The position numbers and the translations under genes were made by a program. Shown here piece by piece: positions 1 to 8,670 of a stretch of 64,000 nt of DNA (position 1 is the stretch's first letter; each line of letters starts with the position of its first letter). The notes under the pieces are model-generated. The model saw nothing but the letters and a program-made list of their open reading frames with translations. It was not told where the DNA came from and did no database searches. Origin of the DNA: Planctomycetota bacterium (GTDB lineage: Bacteria > Planctomycetota > Phycisphaerae > Sedimentisphaerales > Anaerobacaceae); NCBI GenBank assembly GCA_025459125.1, contig JALORE010000023.1:5981-69980 (forward strand), in the 5' to 3' direction.

Positions 1-388
1 CTTTCGCGCAAAAACGCCCGTCAGGAGGGAGAAGGGTTCCGCCATGGAAACAAGCGGGGAGGCGAATCAGCGGGCTCATCCGGTTTGCGTGTAATTCGCT
101 GGGAAGGAGGTGCGGTGGGGAAGATCACACGTGCCCGGAAGCAGAAGAGACCAGAAAGAAGTTCGATGTTTGAAGTGTGAAGGCACATGCCTCCGCGCCT
201 CTTTAAATCACACAGCAAAGATCAACCATCACACTTCATACTATGGGCCGTCTCAGGGGAAGTCTGAAGTTTGAAGAGCACTTCACACGTTACGCTTCCA
301 GCTTCCTCCAAAGGTGTTCGGCCCATGATCCGTCTCCGGAGAACGTGGAGCGTGATTGCCGGCCCTGCTCGTCCGACGCGTCCGATGG

Positions 389-1894
389 CTAGGGTTTTCT
401 GGCCAGCTTCGTGTGCAGCATGGCGGCGAGTTCCTTGATGGTCTGGGCGTACTCGCGTCGGCCCGCGAGGTTCTGGTTCTCCTGTGGATCGCTGCGATGG
501 TCGTACAGCTCATAGACGCTGGGCGCACCCTTTTTCGTCCATTCCACGAAACGCCAGCGGTCCGTGCGCAGGGCCACGCCCTGGTAGCCACCCTTGGGGT
601 ACCAACTGCAGCCGGAGGTCTTGATGGAGCCTTGCGGATCATCCAGCAGCGGCCGGAAGCTCTGGCCTTCGGTGCCCACGGGCGCCGGCAACCGGCAGAT
701 CTCGGCCAGCGACGGATAGATGTCCACGAATTCGACAAGAGCATCGCACTTGGCGCCCCGACTCTTCTGGCCGGGCACCGCCACGATCAGCGGCGCGCGG
801 GTGGCTCCTTCATAATTGTTGTGCTTGCCGCCCCACCAGCCGTGCTCGCCCATGTAGTAACCGTGGTCGCCCCAGAGAATGACGAGCGTATTGGGTTCCA
901 GGCCGGTCTCGGCGAGCACATCGAGCAGCCGGCCTACCTGGGCATCGACGTAGCTGACGGCGGCCAGGTAACCATGCAGACACTGGCGTCCAAACTCCGG
1001 CGTGATCTTGCGGTCCCCGGGCACATTGCCGTACCAGTAGAAATCATCACCGGAGCGGGCGGCGAAGTTCGGCGCCTCCTTCGGCGCGTACTGATTGCCC
1101 GGCAGGCGGATGTCCTGCGGGTTGTAGAGGTCCCAGTACTTCTTGGGCGCGACCCACGGCACGTGCGGATTGAGGAAGCCGACGCCCAGGAAGAACGGTT
1201 GTTCCGGTTTTCGCGCCAGCTCGCGCAGCGCCGCCACGGCCTGGCTCCCGATGTCGCCGTCTGCCAATTCGTTGTCCGGGACCTCCGGCGCCTCGAACGC
1301 CGGCCCGGCGTAGAAGGCCATGCCCTGGCCCTTGGCGGGGATGGTCTTTCCCGCGGCCTTCATCTCGTCGCGGTACTTCCGTACAGCCGCTTCCCCTGCC
1401 GGCCCCCGGCGCGGCTTCTTCGGCTGCCACGACGGCACGCTCCACGACGCCGGATCGTCGATACCGACGTGATAGACTTTGCCCAGGCTGCGGGTGAAAT
1501 AGCCATTGTTCTTGAAGTGCTGCGGCAGCGTGACGATGTCGGGCATCGTCTCCCGCAGGGCCGGGCCGATCGAGAGAACCCGCGTCGTCGCCGGATACCG
1601 CCCGCTCAGCAGCGAGATCCGCGAGGGACTGCACAGCGCCTGCTGGCAGTAGGCCCGCGTGAAGACCGTACCGCGGGCCGCCAGCAAGTCGATATTCGGC
1701 GACTTCACCATCGTATCGCCGTAACAGCCCAACTGCGGCCGCAGATCGTCCACCGCGATAAACAGAACGTTGAGACGCTTGCCGGGCATCCCGGACGCCG
1801 ATGCCCCCCAAGCCGGCCCCGCCATGCTCACGGCCGCCGCCCCGGCACCCGCCACTCGTCGCAAGAACGCTCTTCTGCCGATCATGCCATCCAT
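389..1894 (-). CDS. Formylglycine-dependent sulfatase (arylsulfatase / iduronate-2-sulfatase-like), exported
   Basis: ORF 389..2023 carries the sulfatase signature 'CSPSRISLLSGRYP' (C-x-P-x-R) and the 'WGDHGYYMGEHGWW' block. Start moved to Met44 (ATG at 1894), which exposes a twin-arginine-like leader 'MIGRRAFLRRVAGAGAAAV'. Confidence 0.85.
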   Translation of the reverse strand: MDGMIGRRAFLRRVAGAGAAAVSMAGPAWGASASGMPGKRLNVLFIAVDDLRPQLGCYGDTMVKSPNIDLLAARGTVFTRAYCQQALCSPSRISLLSGRYPATTRVLSIGPALRETMPDIVTLPQHFKNNGYFTRSLGKVYHVGIDDPASWSVPSWQPKKPRRGPAGEAAVRKYRDEMKAAGKTIPAKGQGMAFYAGPAFEAPEVPDNELADGDIGSQAVAALRELARKPEQPFFLGVGFLNPHVPWVAPKKYWDLYNPQDIRLPGNQYAPKEAPNFAARSGDDFYWYGNVPGDRKITPEFGRQCLHGYLAAVSYVDAQVGRLLDVLAETGLEPNTLVILWGDHGYYMGEHGWWGGKHNNYEGATRAPLIVAVPGQKSRGAKCDALVEFVDIYPSLAEICRLPAPVGTEGQSFRPLLDDPQGSIKTSGCSWYPKGGYQGVALRTDRWRFVEWTKKGAPSVYELYDHRSDPQENQNLAGRREYAQTIKELAAMLHTKLARKP

Positions 1895-2177
1895 CGCTCG
1901 TCCTTCCGTATTGCGCAGGCACCCATAAGGCCAGGGACGCATTGGCCCTGACTGGACGTGTATGCTATCTCTCCGTCCGCGCGGATTCAACCTCTCTCTG
2001 CCGTAGACAGGGATCGTGGGCATACGACAGGAACGCAGCGGGTGGCGTCGTCAAGCCCGCCAGGGCTTGGCGATGGCAGGCTGCGGACGACGAACCACCC
2101 CCAAGCTGCGCTTGAGGGTGCCACCCGGAGACTTCGGACTTGCCACGATGCTGTTGCACACGCAGGATTGCGGGTTC

Positions 2178-2411
2178 GTAGTGACGCCGGCAGGCGTTCT
2201 CTTCGTAGGGCGAGCGTCCCCGCTCGCCTGAAGTAGCACGGGCAGCTTGCCCGTGAGGGGGTTCCTCAAACGCCTTTGTTCGCGTTTTGGGGGACCCAGT
2301 AGCATGGGCGCGAGCGTCCAGGATTGTCCGAGGTATCCACGGGCAAGATGCCCGTGCTACTGACGGGCGAGACGCCCATGCTACGACGTCGTGCGGGGAC
2401 GCACGACCTAC
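2178..2411. repeat. Cluster of heterogeneous GTAG-headed REP-like hairpins
   Basis: 2205..2228 is GTAG+GGCGAGCG/tccc/CGCTCGCC. 2233..2255 is GTAG+CACGGGCA/gct/TGCCCGTG. 2338..2360 is CACGGGCA/aga/TGCCCGTG+CTAC. 2388..2411 is GTCGTGCG/ggga/CGCACGAC+CTAC. GTAGCATGGGCG (2299..2310) pairs with CGCCCATGCTAC (2373..2384). Confidence 0.7.
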
Positions 2412-2442
2412 GAAGAGCGGGCATGTGATCGGGAGGAGGTCG

Positions 2443-4077
2443 TTATTTGCCTGCGAGGGTCGCGGGCGCCAGCTGCACTCGCCCCCAGCCAAGCAGTGTG
2501 CCGGTGGCGCCGGCGAGGCGAACCTGGGCGATCTCGTAGTTGGCGAAGGCCTGGATACGTCCCAACTGGGCCTGGGCCAGATCCGTGGCGGCGCGCAACA
2601 CTTCCGTGCTCGTACGCCGGCCCAGTTGGAACTGCAATTGCTCGACCCGGTAGCTGCGGTAAGCCATAGTCACGCCCTGCTCGGCCGCCAGGATCTGCCG
2701 CCAGTTTTGTTCCAGGCCATTGACGGCGTCATACACCTCCTGGCGGATGCGCTGCCGCTGTTGTTCGCGGTTCAACTCGGTTTGCATGCGATCGAAACGA
2801 GCCTGCCGCAACCGCGCCGCGGCCGCCCGGTTGCCGAGCGGGATCTCGGCCGACAGGACCACCTGGTGATCCTGCGCCGGATCACGGAAGAGGTTCTCCA
2901 AGGCCCGGCCGGTATCCCGCGCCTCCCCGCCGGCGGCGTACGCGTATTCGAGCTCCAGCACCGGCAGCAGATCGTTGCGGGCCTGGGCGATCCGGATATC
3001 GCCGATGGCGAGACGGTATTCCAGCTCGACCATCTCCATCCGGTTCTCCAAGGCCGCGGCTACCAGGACCTCCGGGTCCAGATCGAGACCCTTGGGGTCG
3101 GGGTGCGTCACGGTATTGATATCCACCGGCGCGTGCAGCGGCAGGTCCGGCCGGTTCATGATGCGCTTGAGGTCCCGCTCCAAGTCGCGGACGTTGGTCT
3201 CGGCGGCAATCATGGCCCCGAGCCGGCCCGACAGACCGGCTTCGGCCCGCACAATTTCGTTCTTCGGCGCCGACCCCGCCTCCACCTTGAGCCGGGCATA
3301 CTCCAACTGGTTCTGGGCCAGCTTGTACTGCTCGCGGCTGACGTCGAGGTCCCGCCGGGCCGCATAGAGCCGCCAGTAGGCAACGTCGGTGCCGCCGAGG
3401 ATGAAGATCGCCTGGGCCTTCGTGACGGCGTCCACGAATCCCTGGTTGTACAAGGCGACCTGGATGGAGTAGCTGTTGAGGCGTGTACCGGCGTCGCGGA
3501 GCAGCGACTGGACGACCCGAACACTAGCGGCGGCGCTTGCGACGCCGCCCCCCGCGTTCACCGGCAGGCTGGCCGTCACGCTGCCGCCGGTCTGCAAAGG
3601 CGTGGTGACGCTCGCGTCGAAGGAGCGGCTGGACCGGCCGCCGCCTCCGTCCAGGTCCGTCCGGCCATAGCCGGCCGACGTCCGGAAGACCGACTCGAAC
3701 CTGGCCCGCTCAATGTCGACATTCTCCCGGGCCACGGCCGGCTCGATCAACTGGACCTTGAGCTCCAGGTTGTTGGCCAGCGCCGCCGCCCGCACCTCCT
3801 CCAGGGAGAGATTCAAGACAGCCCGGGGCTGATTCGGTTCCGTGATTCCCTTCGCCGCCTCCTGGGTGGCTTGCTCGATGGAAATCGGCGGCGATTGGGA
3901 CTGATCCGTGAGCCGGACACTCTCGATCTGCCCTGTCTTGGCCGCCAGCGTCTCCAGCTCCGGCGTCATGCGCACCTTCGGGGCCCCACAGCCCATCAGC
4001 CCCAGCACCAGGACCATGCCTCCCGCCCACTGTGCCAGACGCCGGAGATCGGAATACCTGTCATCATCGTATTTCAC
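2443..4077 (-). CDS. TolC/NodT-like outer-membrane efflux factor (lipoprotein-type leader)
   Basis: 544-aa ORF with a GTG start at 4077 preceded by GAGGTG. Leader 'MVLVLGLMGCGAP' is lipobox-like. Long helical repeat content is typical of the OEP family ('AQAQLGRIQAFANYEIAQVRLAGATG'). Confidence 0.8.
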   Translation of the reverse strand: MKYDDDRYSDLRRLAQWAGGMVLVLGLMGCGAPKVRMTPELETLAAKTGQIESVRLTDQSQSPPISIEQATQEAAKGITEPNQPRAVLNLSLEEVRAAALANNLELKVQLIEPAVARENVDIERARFESVFRTSAGYGRTDLDGGGGRSSRSFDASVTTPLQTGGSVTASLPVNAGGGVASAAASVRVVQSLLRDAGTRLNSYSIQVALYNQGFVDAVTKAQAIFILGGTDVAYWRLYAARRDLDVSREQYKLAQNQLEYARLKVEAGSAPKNEIVRAEAGLSGRLGAMIAAETNVRDLERDLKRIMNRPDLPLHAPVDINTVTHPDPKGLDLDPEVLVAAALENRMEMVELEYRLAIGDIRIAQARNDLLPVLELEYAYAAGGEARDTGRALENLFRDPAQDHQVVLSAEIPLGNRAAAARLRQARFDRMQTELNREQQRQRIRQEVYDAVNGLEQNWRQILAAEQGVTMAYRSYRVEQLQFQLGRRTSTEVLRAATDLAQAQLGRIQAFANYEIAQVRLAGATGTLLGWGRVQLAPATLAGK

Positions 4078-4109
4078 AGGAGCACCTCATTCATATACGG
4101 CATGGGTGA

Positions 4110-4125
4110 GCAAACAACATGCCAG
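4110..4125 (-). promoter_or_regulatory. Putative sigma-54 (-24/-12) promoter, copy A, upstream of the TolC-like gene
   Basis: The minus strand reads CTGGCATGTTGTTTGC, which fits TGGCA(C/T)-N5-TTGC. The GC element lies 33 nt upstream of the GTG start at 4077. Confidence 0.6.
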
Positions 4126-4194
4126 ACGGGCCCGTTTCATCCGGCCTGGGGAGGGCAGGAAACGCCCTCGTTTCAGCCCACGGGGGCTGATTCC

Positions 4195-4233
4195 GTGTCC
4201 GTTTTTGGAACCGGCGCGCCCAAATCCGGACGC
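4195..4233. promoter_or_regulatory. Inverted-repeat candidate enhancer (UAS), copy A
   Basis: GTGTCCG-N25-CGGACGC with a central GGCGCGCC. Its centre is about 91 nt upstream of the -24 GG. Conserved in copies B and C. Confidence 0.5.
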
Positions 4234-4533
4234 ACCGGATGAGCCGATGCGCCGGGGCAGAAACCCGTGGCGGTTTGGGCCAAGACACCCAACGGCACCA
4301 GTTCCACTACTGTGTCCAGCCTGAAATGACGGTCGGCAGCGACAAGGCCGGAGGCCTTGCGCAGGTCGTGCCGCTGGCGGAGGGGCAAACCATCGGCAAG
4401 CTGGCGCTTGCCGCTGCCACCCGGCGGGCCGGGGCATGGAGCGCCACGGGCCCCACTACTGCTCCCACCTGAAGCGGTGAGATCCTCCGCATGGGCTGAA
4501 GCCCATCCTACAATCTACAGTCAGGACGGAGCC

Positions 4534-6102
4534 CTACGGCTCTTGCAGCCGGTAGTTGCACCAGGTGGGAATGTCCCGTGTGAAGTCGAGCGTGCCGCCG
4601 CCCCGGGTCATGAAGACGCCCGGCGTGACCTCCTGGAGTTTCTCGTCGACGGATCGAAAGCTCGCCACCTGCTCGAAGAACTTCGATTCCGTCACGCACA
4701 GAAACCCGTCGTGCTCGCGGACCTGGATGCGCGGCGTGAACTCCTCGCGGCCCCGCAGGATGACCAGCACGTGCGCCCACCATTCGAGCGAGTACTCGCT
4801 GAACCGAAGATTGTGAGTCCCGCAGTACGGCCGCCAGCGGCGGTCGTAGGGCGTCGGCTGGTGCCCGGACCAGCCCCACCAGGCGCCCAGGCCGCTACGG
4901 CCGTCCGGTAGAGGCCGTGGAAACCGTTTCTCGACCAGCCGGCCCTGGACCAGTTTGTCCGTCAGCGTCAGGCCGAGCTCGGTGAGGACGGGGTTCGGCA
5001 GCTTGTTCGTCAGCACCACCGCGCCGAGGCCATATTCGGGATACCAGTGCATCAGCGACAGGAAACCGAATCCCCAGCCGTCGTGCCAGAGCATCTGCTC
5101 GGTCCTTGCGGGCGCGCGTCGGTCCACGTAGACCCCCATGCCGTAGTGAACGTTGGGCTCCGTCTTGGCGATCCCGACCGGCGTGTGGATGGCGTCGATC
5201 AAGGCCCCGTCCAGCACGTTCCGGCCGTCGAGCGTGCCCCGGTTGATGTGCAGTTGGACCAGGCGGGCCATGTCCCGGGCCGAGCTATAGACCCCGGCGG
5301 CCCCGAGAGCCGGGAAGGCAGAGGGCAGCTTCGCAATCCCCGTCATCTGCCCGATTGCCCGCTGGGAGTCCTTCAGGATGGCGCGGGAATCGGCCGTACT
5401 GTGCGACATTCCCAGTGGCGTGAAGAGCTTGCGGGCCAGGTACTGCTCATACGGCTGGCCCGAGACCACCTGGACGATGTACGCAGCCAGATCCGATGCA
5501 GCGCTGCTGTGATAGAAGCTGCTGCCCACGGGACACACCAGCCAACTGCCCCAGAGGCTCTTGACATGCTTCTCGAACGAGGCGGTCGAGGCCGGCTCGA
5601 AGTAGTTGCCTACCGGGACCTCGATGGGAAGTCCGGCCGTGTAGTTGAGCAGGCGCCGCAGGGTGATCTTGCGTTCCGGGTGGTCTTCATAGCGGCTGCG
5701 GATCGTGAAACCCGGCAGATAGGTGGTAACAGGCTCATCCAGCTTCACCAGTCCATCCTGGACCGCCAGCATGACGGCCGTCGCGGTAAGCAGCTTGGTC
5801 AGGCCGCAGAGCATGAAGGGCGTGTCCGGCGTGACCGCCGGCTTCTTCTTGCCGCCGGAATATCCGAATCCTTCCGTCCAGACGATCCCCTTATCATCGA
5901 CGAGTGCCAGCGCCGCACCGGGGATATTGCCCCGGTCCATAATCTCGGGCACCGTGGCACGGAACTCGTCGATGACCGCCTCGATCTTCGGGTCCAGGTC
6001 CGGTCTCTTGTAGCACCCTGTCTGGGGAATCGCGGCCTGCACCGGCCCACCGAAGCCCACCAGAAGTCCCGTCCAGACTGCGACGTCCAGTACCCATCTC
6101 AT
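4534..6102 (-). CDS. Beta-lactamase-fold / serine-hydrolase family protein, apparently lacking the SxxK serine, Sec-exported
   Basis: ORF 4534..6231 with start moved to Met44 (ATG 6102), giving leader 'MRWVLDVAVWTGLLVGFGGPVQA'. Family-typical blocks are 'GAALALVDDKGIVWTEGFGY' and 'LLNYTAGLP'. The SxxK position reads 'CGLTK'. Confidence 0.7.
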   Translation of the reverse strand: MRWVLDVAVWTGLLVGFGGPVQAAIPQTGCYKRPDLDPKIEAVIDEFRATVPEIMDRGNIPGAALALVDDKGIVWTEGFGYSGGKKKPAVTPDTPFMLCGLTKLLTATAVMLAVQDGLVKLDEPVTTYLPGFTIRSRYEDHPERKITLRRLLNYTAGLPIEVPVGNYFEPASTASFEKHVKSLWGSWLVCPVGSSFYHSSAASDLAAYIVQVVSGQPYEQYLARKLFTPLGMSHSTADSRAILKDSQRAIGQMTGIAKLPSAFPALGAAGVYSSARDMARLVQLHINRGTLDGRNVLDGALIDAIHTPVGIAKTEPNVHYGMGVYVDRRAPARTEQMLWHDGWGFGFLSLMHWYPEYGLGAVVLTNKLPNPVLTELGLTLTDKLVQGRLVEKRFPRPLPDGRSGLGAWWGWSGHQPTPYDRRWRPYCGTHNLRFSEYSLEWWAHVLVILRGREEFTPRIQVREHDGFLCVTESKFFEQVASFRSVDEKLQEVTPGVFMTRGGGTLDFTRDIPTWCNYRLQEP

Positions 6103-6246
6103 CGGACACGTCCAGGGCTGGTGCCAAGCACGCGTGGACGGACGCCCAGCGACAAAGCCGGACGAAGGGCCCGCCCGACGTCTCTCATCCCGCCGGGCCG
6201 GGCCCCGGGACTTGCAGTCGCGATTTCTCATCGCGCCATCATCCCA

Positions 6247-8661
6247 CTATTCACACCGAAGTGCAACCATGGGATCGATCCGCGCCGCCCGGCGAGCGGG
6301 AATATAGCATGCCCCGCAGCCGGCGCCGAAGAGCGTTGTCAGCACCACCGCCAGCATGACGGGATCGGCCGGGCCGGTCTTGTACAACAGACTGGCAACG
6401 ATTCGACTCATCGCGAAACCGCCAAACAGACCCAATCCGGCCCCCGCCAGAATCAGCCGTCCTCCCTGATGCAGGACGGTCCGCAAGATCTGCTCGCGCG
6501 TGGCGCCCAGGGCCAGCCGGACGCCGATCTCATGAGTCCGCCGCGCCACGCTGTATTGGAGCAGGCCGTAGAGTCCCAGGGCCGCCACCACCAGAGCGAT
6601 CTGGGCAAACGCACCTACCAGGACGATGGCGAAGCGCCGGGGAGCCAGCAACGGGGAGAGGATCTCCTCAACGGTCCTTATAGGAGAGATCTTCACGTCC
6701 CTGTCCAAATCCAGGATCAGGGCCCGCAGCAAAGGAGCCACCCGCAACGGGTTGCCGTCGGTCTTGACGACCACGTCGACGCACGGCAGGCAGTAGTCTT
6801 CGGTCAGGGGCCAGTAGACGGCCACCAGGTCCGGGTTCAGCTCGCGGTAGTCCTTGAGAGTGCTCACCACGCCCAGGACCGGTCCCCGATCCCAACCGCC
6901 CAAGGTAACTTGCCGCCCAATCGGGTCCTGCCCGGAGAAGTGTCGGCGGGCCAGAAGTTCATCGATAAGGACACCCTGTTTGGTTCCCTGCATGTCCTGC
7001 TCGGCAAAACCGCGGCCTTGGAGAATCCGCATCCCGAGTGTCGAGAGAAAGCTCGGACTAACGATCTGGATGCGCGCCCATGTGTTTCGCTCCGGATCGG
7101 GGGGCCGTCCGTCAATGGTCAAGACCGTGCGGGCCGAGCGCGAGTCGAGGCGCAGGCACGGCGAAATCGCCGCGGCCGAACGAACGTGCGGCAGGGCCTG
7201 TACGCGCTGCAGGAGTTGTCTGACGAACAGCGACGCCTGGGGCCCCCCGCGGGGCCCCTCGGGGTATCTGGCGAGGGGAAGTTCGACCGGCATGACCGCG
7301 ACGTTCTTCGGCACAAAGCCCAGGTCCTCCCTCTGCAACAGGACCAGGCTCTGAACCAACATCCCGATGCCCACCAGCAAAGTCAGCGCGATGGCAATCT
7401 GCACGACCACCAGGCCATGGCACAGGCGCCGCCAGGCGCGATCGATCACCGGGCCCGACGACTCGTCTCTCAAAGTCCGGACCGGACGTACCGCGCCGGC
7501 TCTCCAAGCCGGCAGCAGACCGAAAACCAACGCCACGGTCAGGGACAGTCCGAGTGTGAAACAGAGCACGGTCCCATCGATCCGCGTCGCGCCGACGTGC
7601 GAGACATCCGCGGGGCAAACCGCCACGATTCCTTTGATGATCCAAACGGCGGCCAGAATACCCAACGCCCCGGCCGTCAGACTCAGCATGAGGCTTTCCG
7701 TCAGCAACTGGGCCAGGATACGGCCCCGGGAGGCGCCCAGCGTCACGCGGGTGGCCATTTCTTGCCGGCGCGCGTCCGTCTGCACCAGGAAAAGGCCGGC
7801 CACGTTCATACAGGTGATCAGGAGCACCAGCGCCACCGCACCCCACATGGGGTACAGCAGCTTTCGCTCGGACCCCAGCTGGAGATCCCGCAGACGTTCG
7901 ACGGTGACCTGGTAGCCGGTATAGGCCGGCGGGTCTGCCTGGGCCAGTTGTTGCTGCAGGACAGCCATATCGGCCCGCGCGCGCTCCAGACTCGCCCCGC
8001 GTTTCAGGCGGGCCCATACGACGAGGCGTTCTGCCGTTCGTGTGGGGTCGAGAACGAGGGGCACCCATAAGGCGATCTCCGCTTCCCCGGACGATTCGCG
8101 AAAACCGGCGGGCATCACTCCGACCACCGTGTAATTCTCAGCATCGGCGGTAATGCTCTGGCCGATCGCTCGGGCATCACACCCCAGATGGTCGCGCCAG
8201 AAGGCATGACTGGCCACCACCACGTGTCGGCGCTCCGGCTGCTCTTCTCCCGGCAAGAATCCCCGGCCGAGCTGGGGCAGCACACCCACCAGAGAGAAGA
8301 AACAGGGCGATACCGCCTTGGTCGAAACTTGAAATGGTTCTCCCAGTCCGGTGAGGCTCATCCGGCGCCCGGCCTGGCCGGCCATATGACCGAACACGTG
8401 GTTGTGCTCACGCCAGTGGATAAACGTCCGGTAGGAAAGATCTCGGAACCGCGGCGGGTCGTTCTTGCGCTCCTCGACTTCGACAATCCTGCCCGGGTCG
8501 TGGTAAGGCAGTGCTTCCAGCACCACGGTATTGACGACACTGAAGACCGCCGTGTTCGCGCCGATGCCGATCGATAGAATCGCCACGACCACCAGGGCAA
8601 AGCCGGGATTCCGCGCCAGCAGCCGCAAGCCGTAACGCACATCCCGCCACAGCGTTCTCAT
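6247..8661 (-). CDS. ADOP-family duplicated FtsX/MacB-type ABC permease (804 aa)
   Basis: N-terminus 'MRTLWRDVRYGLRLLARNPGF' plus TM1. Two FtsX-type modules ('LLITCMNVAGLFL', 'THEIGVRLALGA'). C-terminus '[16 protein letters not shown]'. Confidence 0.9.
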   Translation of the reverse strand: MRTLWRDVRYGLRLLARNPGFALVVVAILSIGIGANTAVFSVVNTVVLEALPYHDPGRIVEVEERKNDPPRFRDLSYRTFIHWREHNHVFGHMAGQAGRRMSLTGLGEPFQVSTKAVSPCFFSLVGVLPQLGRGFLPGEEQPERRHVVVASHAFWRDHLGCDARAIGQSITADAENYTVVGVMPAGFRESSGEAEIALWVPLVLDPTRTAERLVVWARLKRGASLERARADMAVLQQQLAQADPPAYTGYQVTVERLRDLQLGSERKLLYPMWGAVALVLLITCMNVAGLFLVQTDARRQEMATRVTLGASRGRILAQLLTESLMLSLTAGALGILAAVWIIKGIVAVCPADVSHVGATRIDGTVLCFTLGLSLTVALVFGLLPAWRAGAVRPVRTLRDESSGPVIDRAWRRLCHGLVVVQIAIALTLLVGIGMLVQSLVLLQREDLGFVPKNVAVMPVELPLARYPEGPRGGPQASLFVRQLLQRVQALPHVRSAAAISPCLRLDSRSARTVLTIDGRPPDPERNTWARIQIVSPSFLSTLGMRILQGRGFAEQDMQGTKQGVLIDELLARRHFSGQDPIGRQVTLGGWDRGPVLGVVSTLKDYRELNPDLVAVYWPLTEDYCLPCVDVVVKTDGNPLRVAPLLRALILDLDRDVKISPIRTVEEILSPLLAPRRFAIVLVGAFAQIALVVAALGLYGLLQYSVARRTHEIGVRLALGATREQILRTVLHQGGRLILAGAGLGLFGGFAMSRIVASLLYKTGPADPVMLAVVLTTLFGAGCGACYIPARRAARIDPMVALRCE

Positions 8662-8670
8662 CGACCTTTC

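Noticed and set aside
6120-6128. TTGGCAC (minus strand) upstream of the beta-lactamase-fold gene as a fourth sigma-54 promoter.
   Set aside because: The -12 position reads CTGG (no GC). The element would place the transcription start essentially at the start codon. There is no UAS palindrome upstream.
5047-8070. 1007-aa plus-strand ORF. Similar long plus-strand ORFs lie at 356..1951, 2287..4242, 11954..13768, 20392..22296, 23404..25569, 25530..26864, 41139..43631, 51828..53702, 54610..56277 and 58733..60643.
   Set aside because: All are antisense to minus-strand genes with strong family signatures. Their translations are Arg/Gly/Pro/His/Gln-rich low-complexity strings with no recognisable motifs. 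This is the expected artefact of high-GC DNA with few antisense stop codons.
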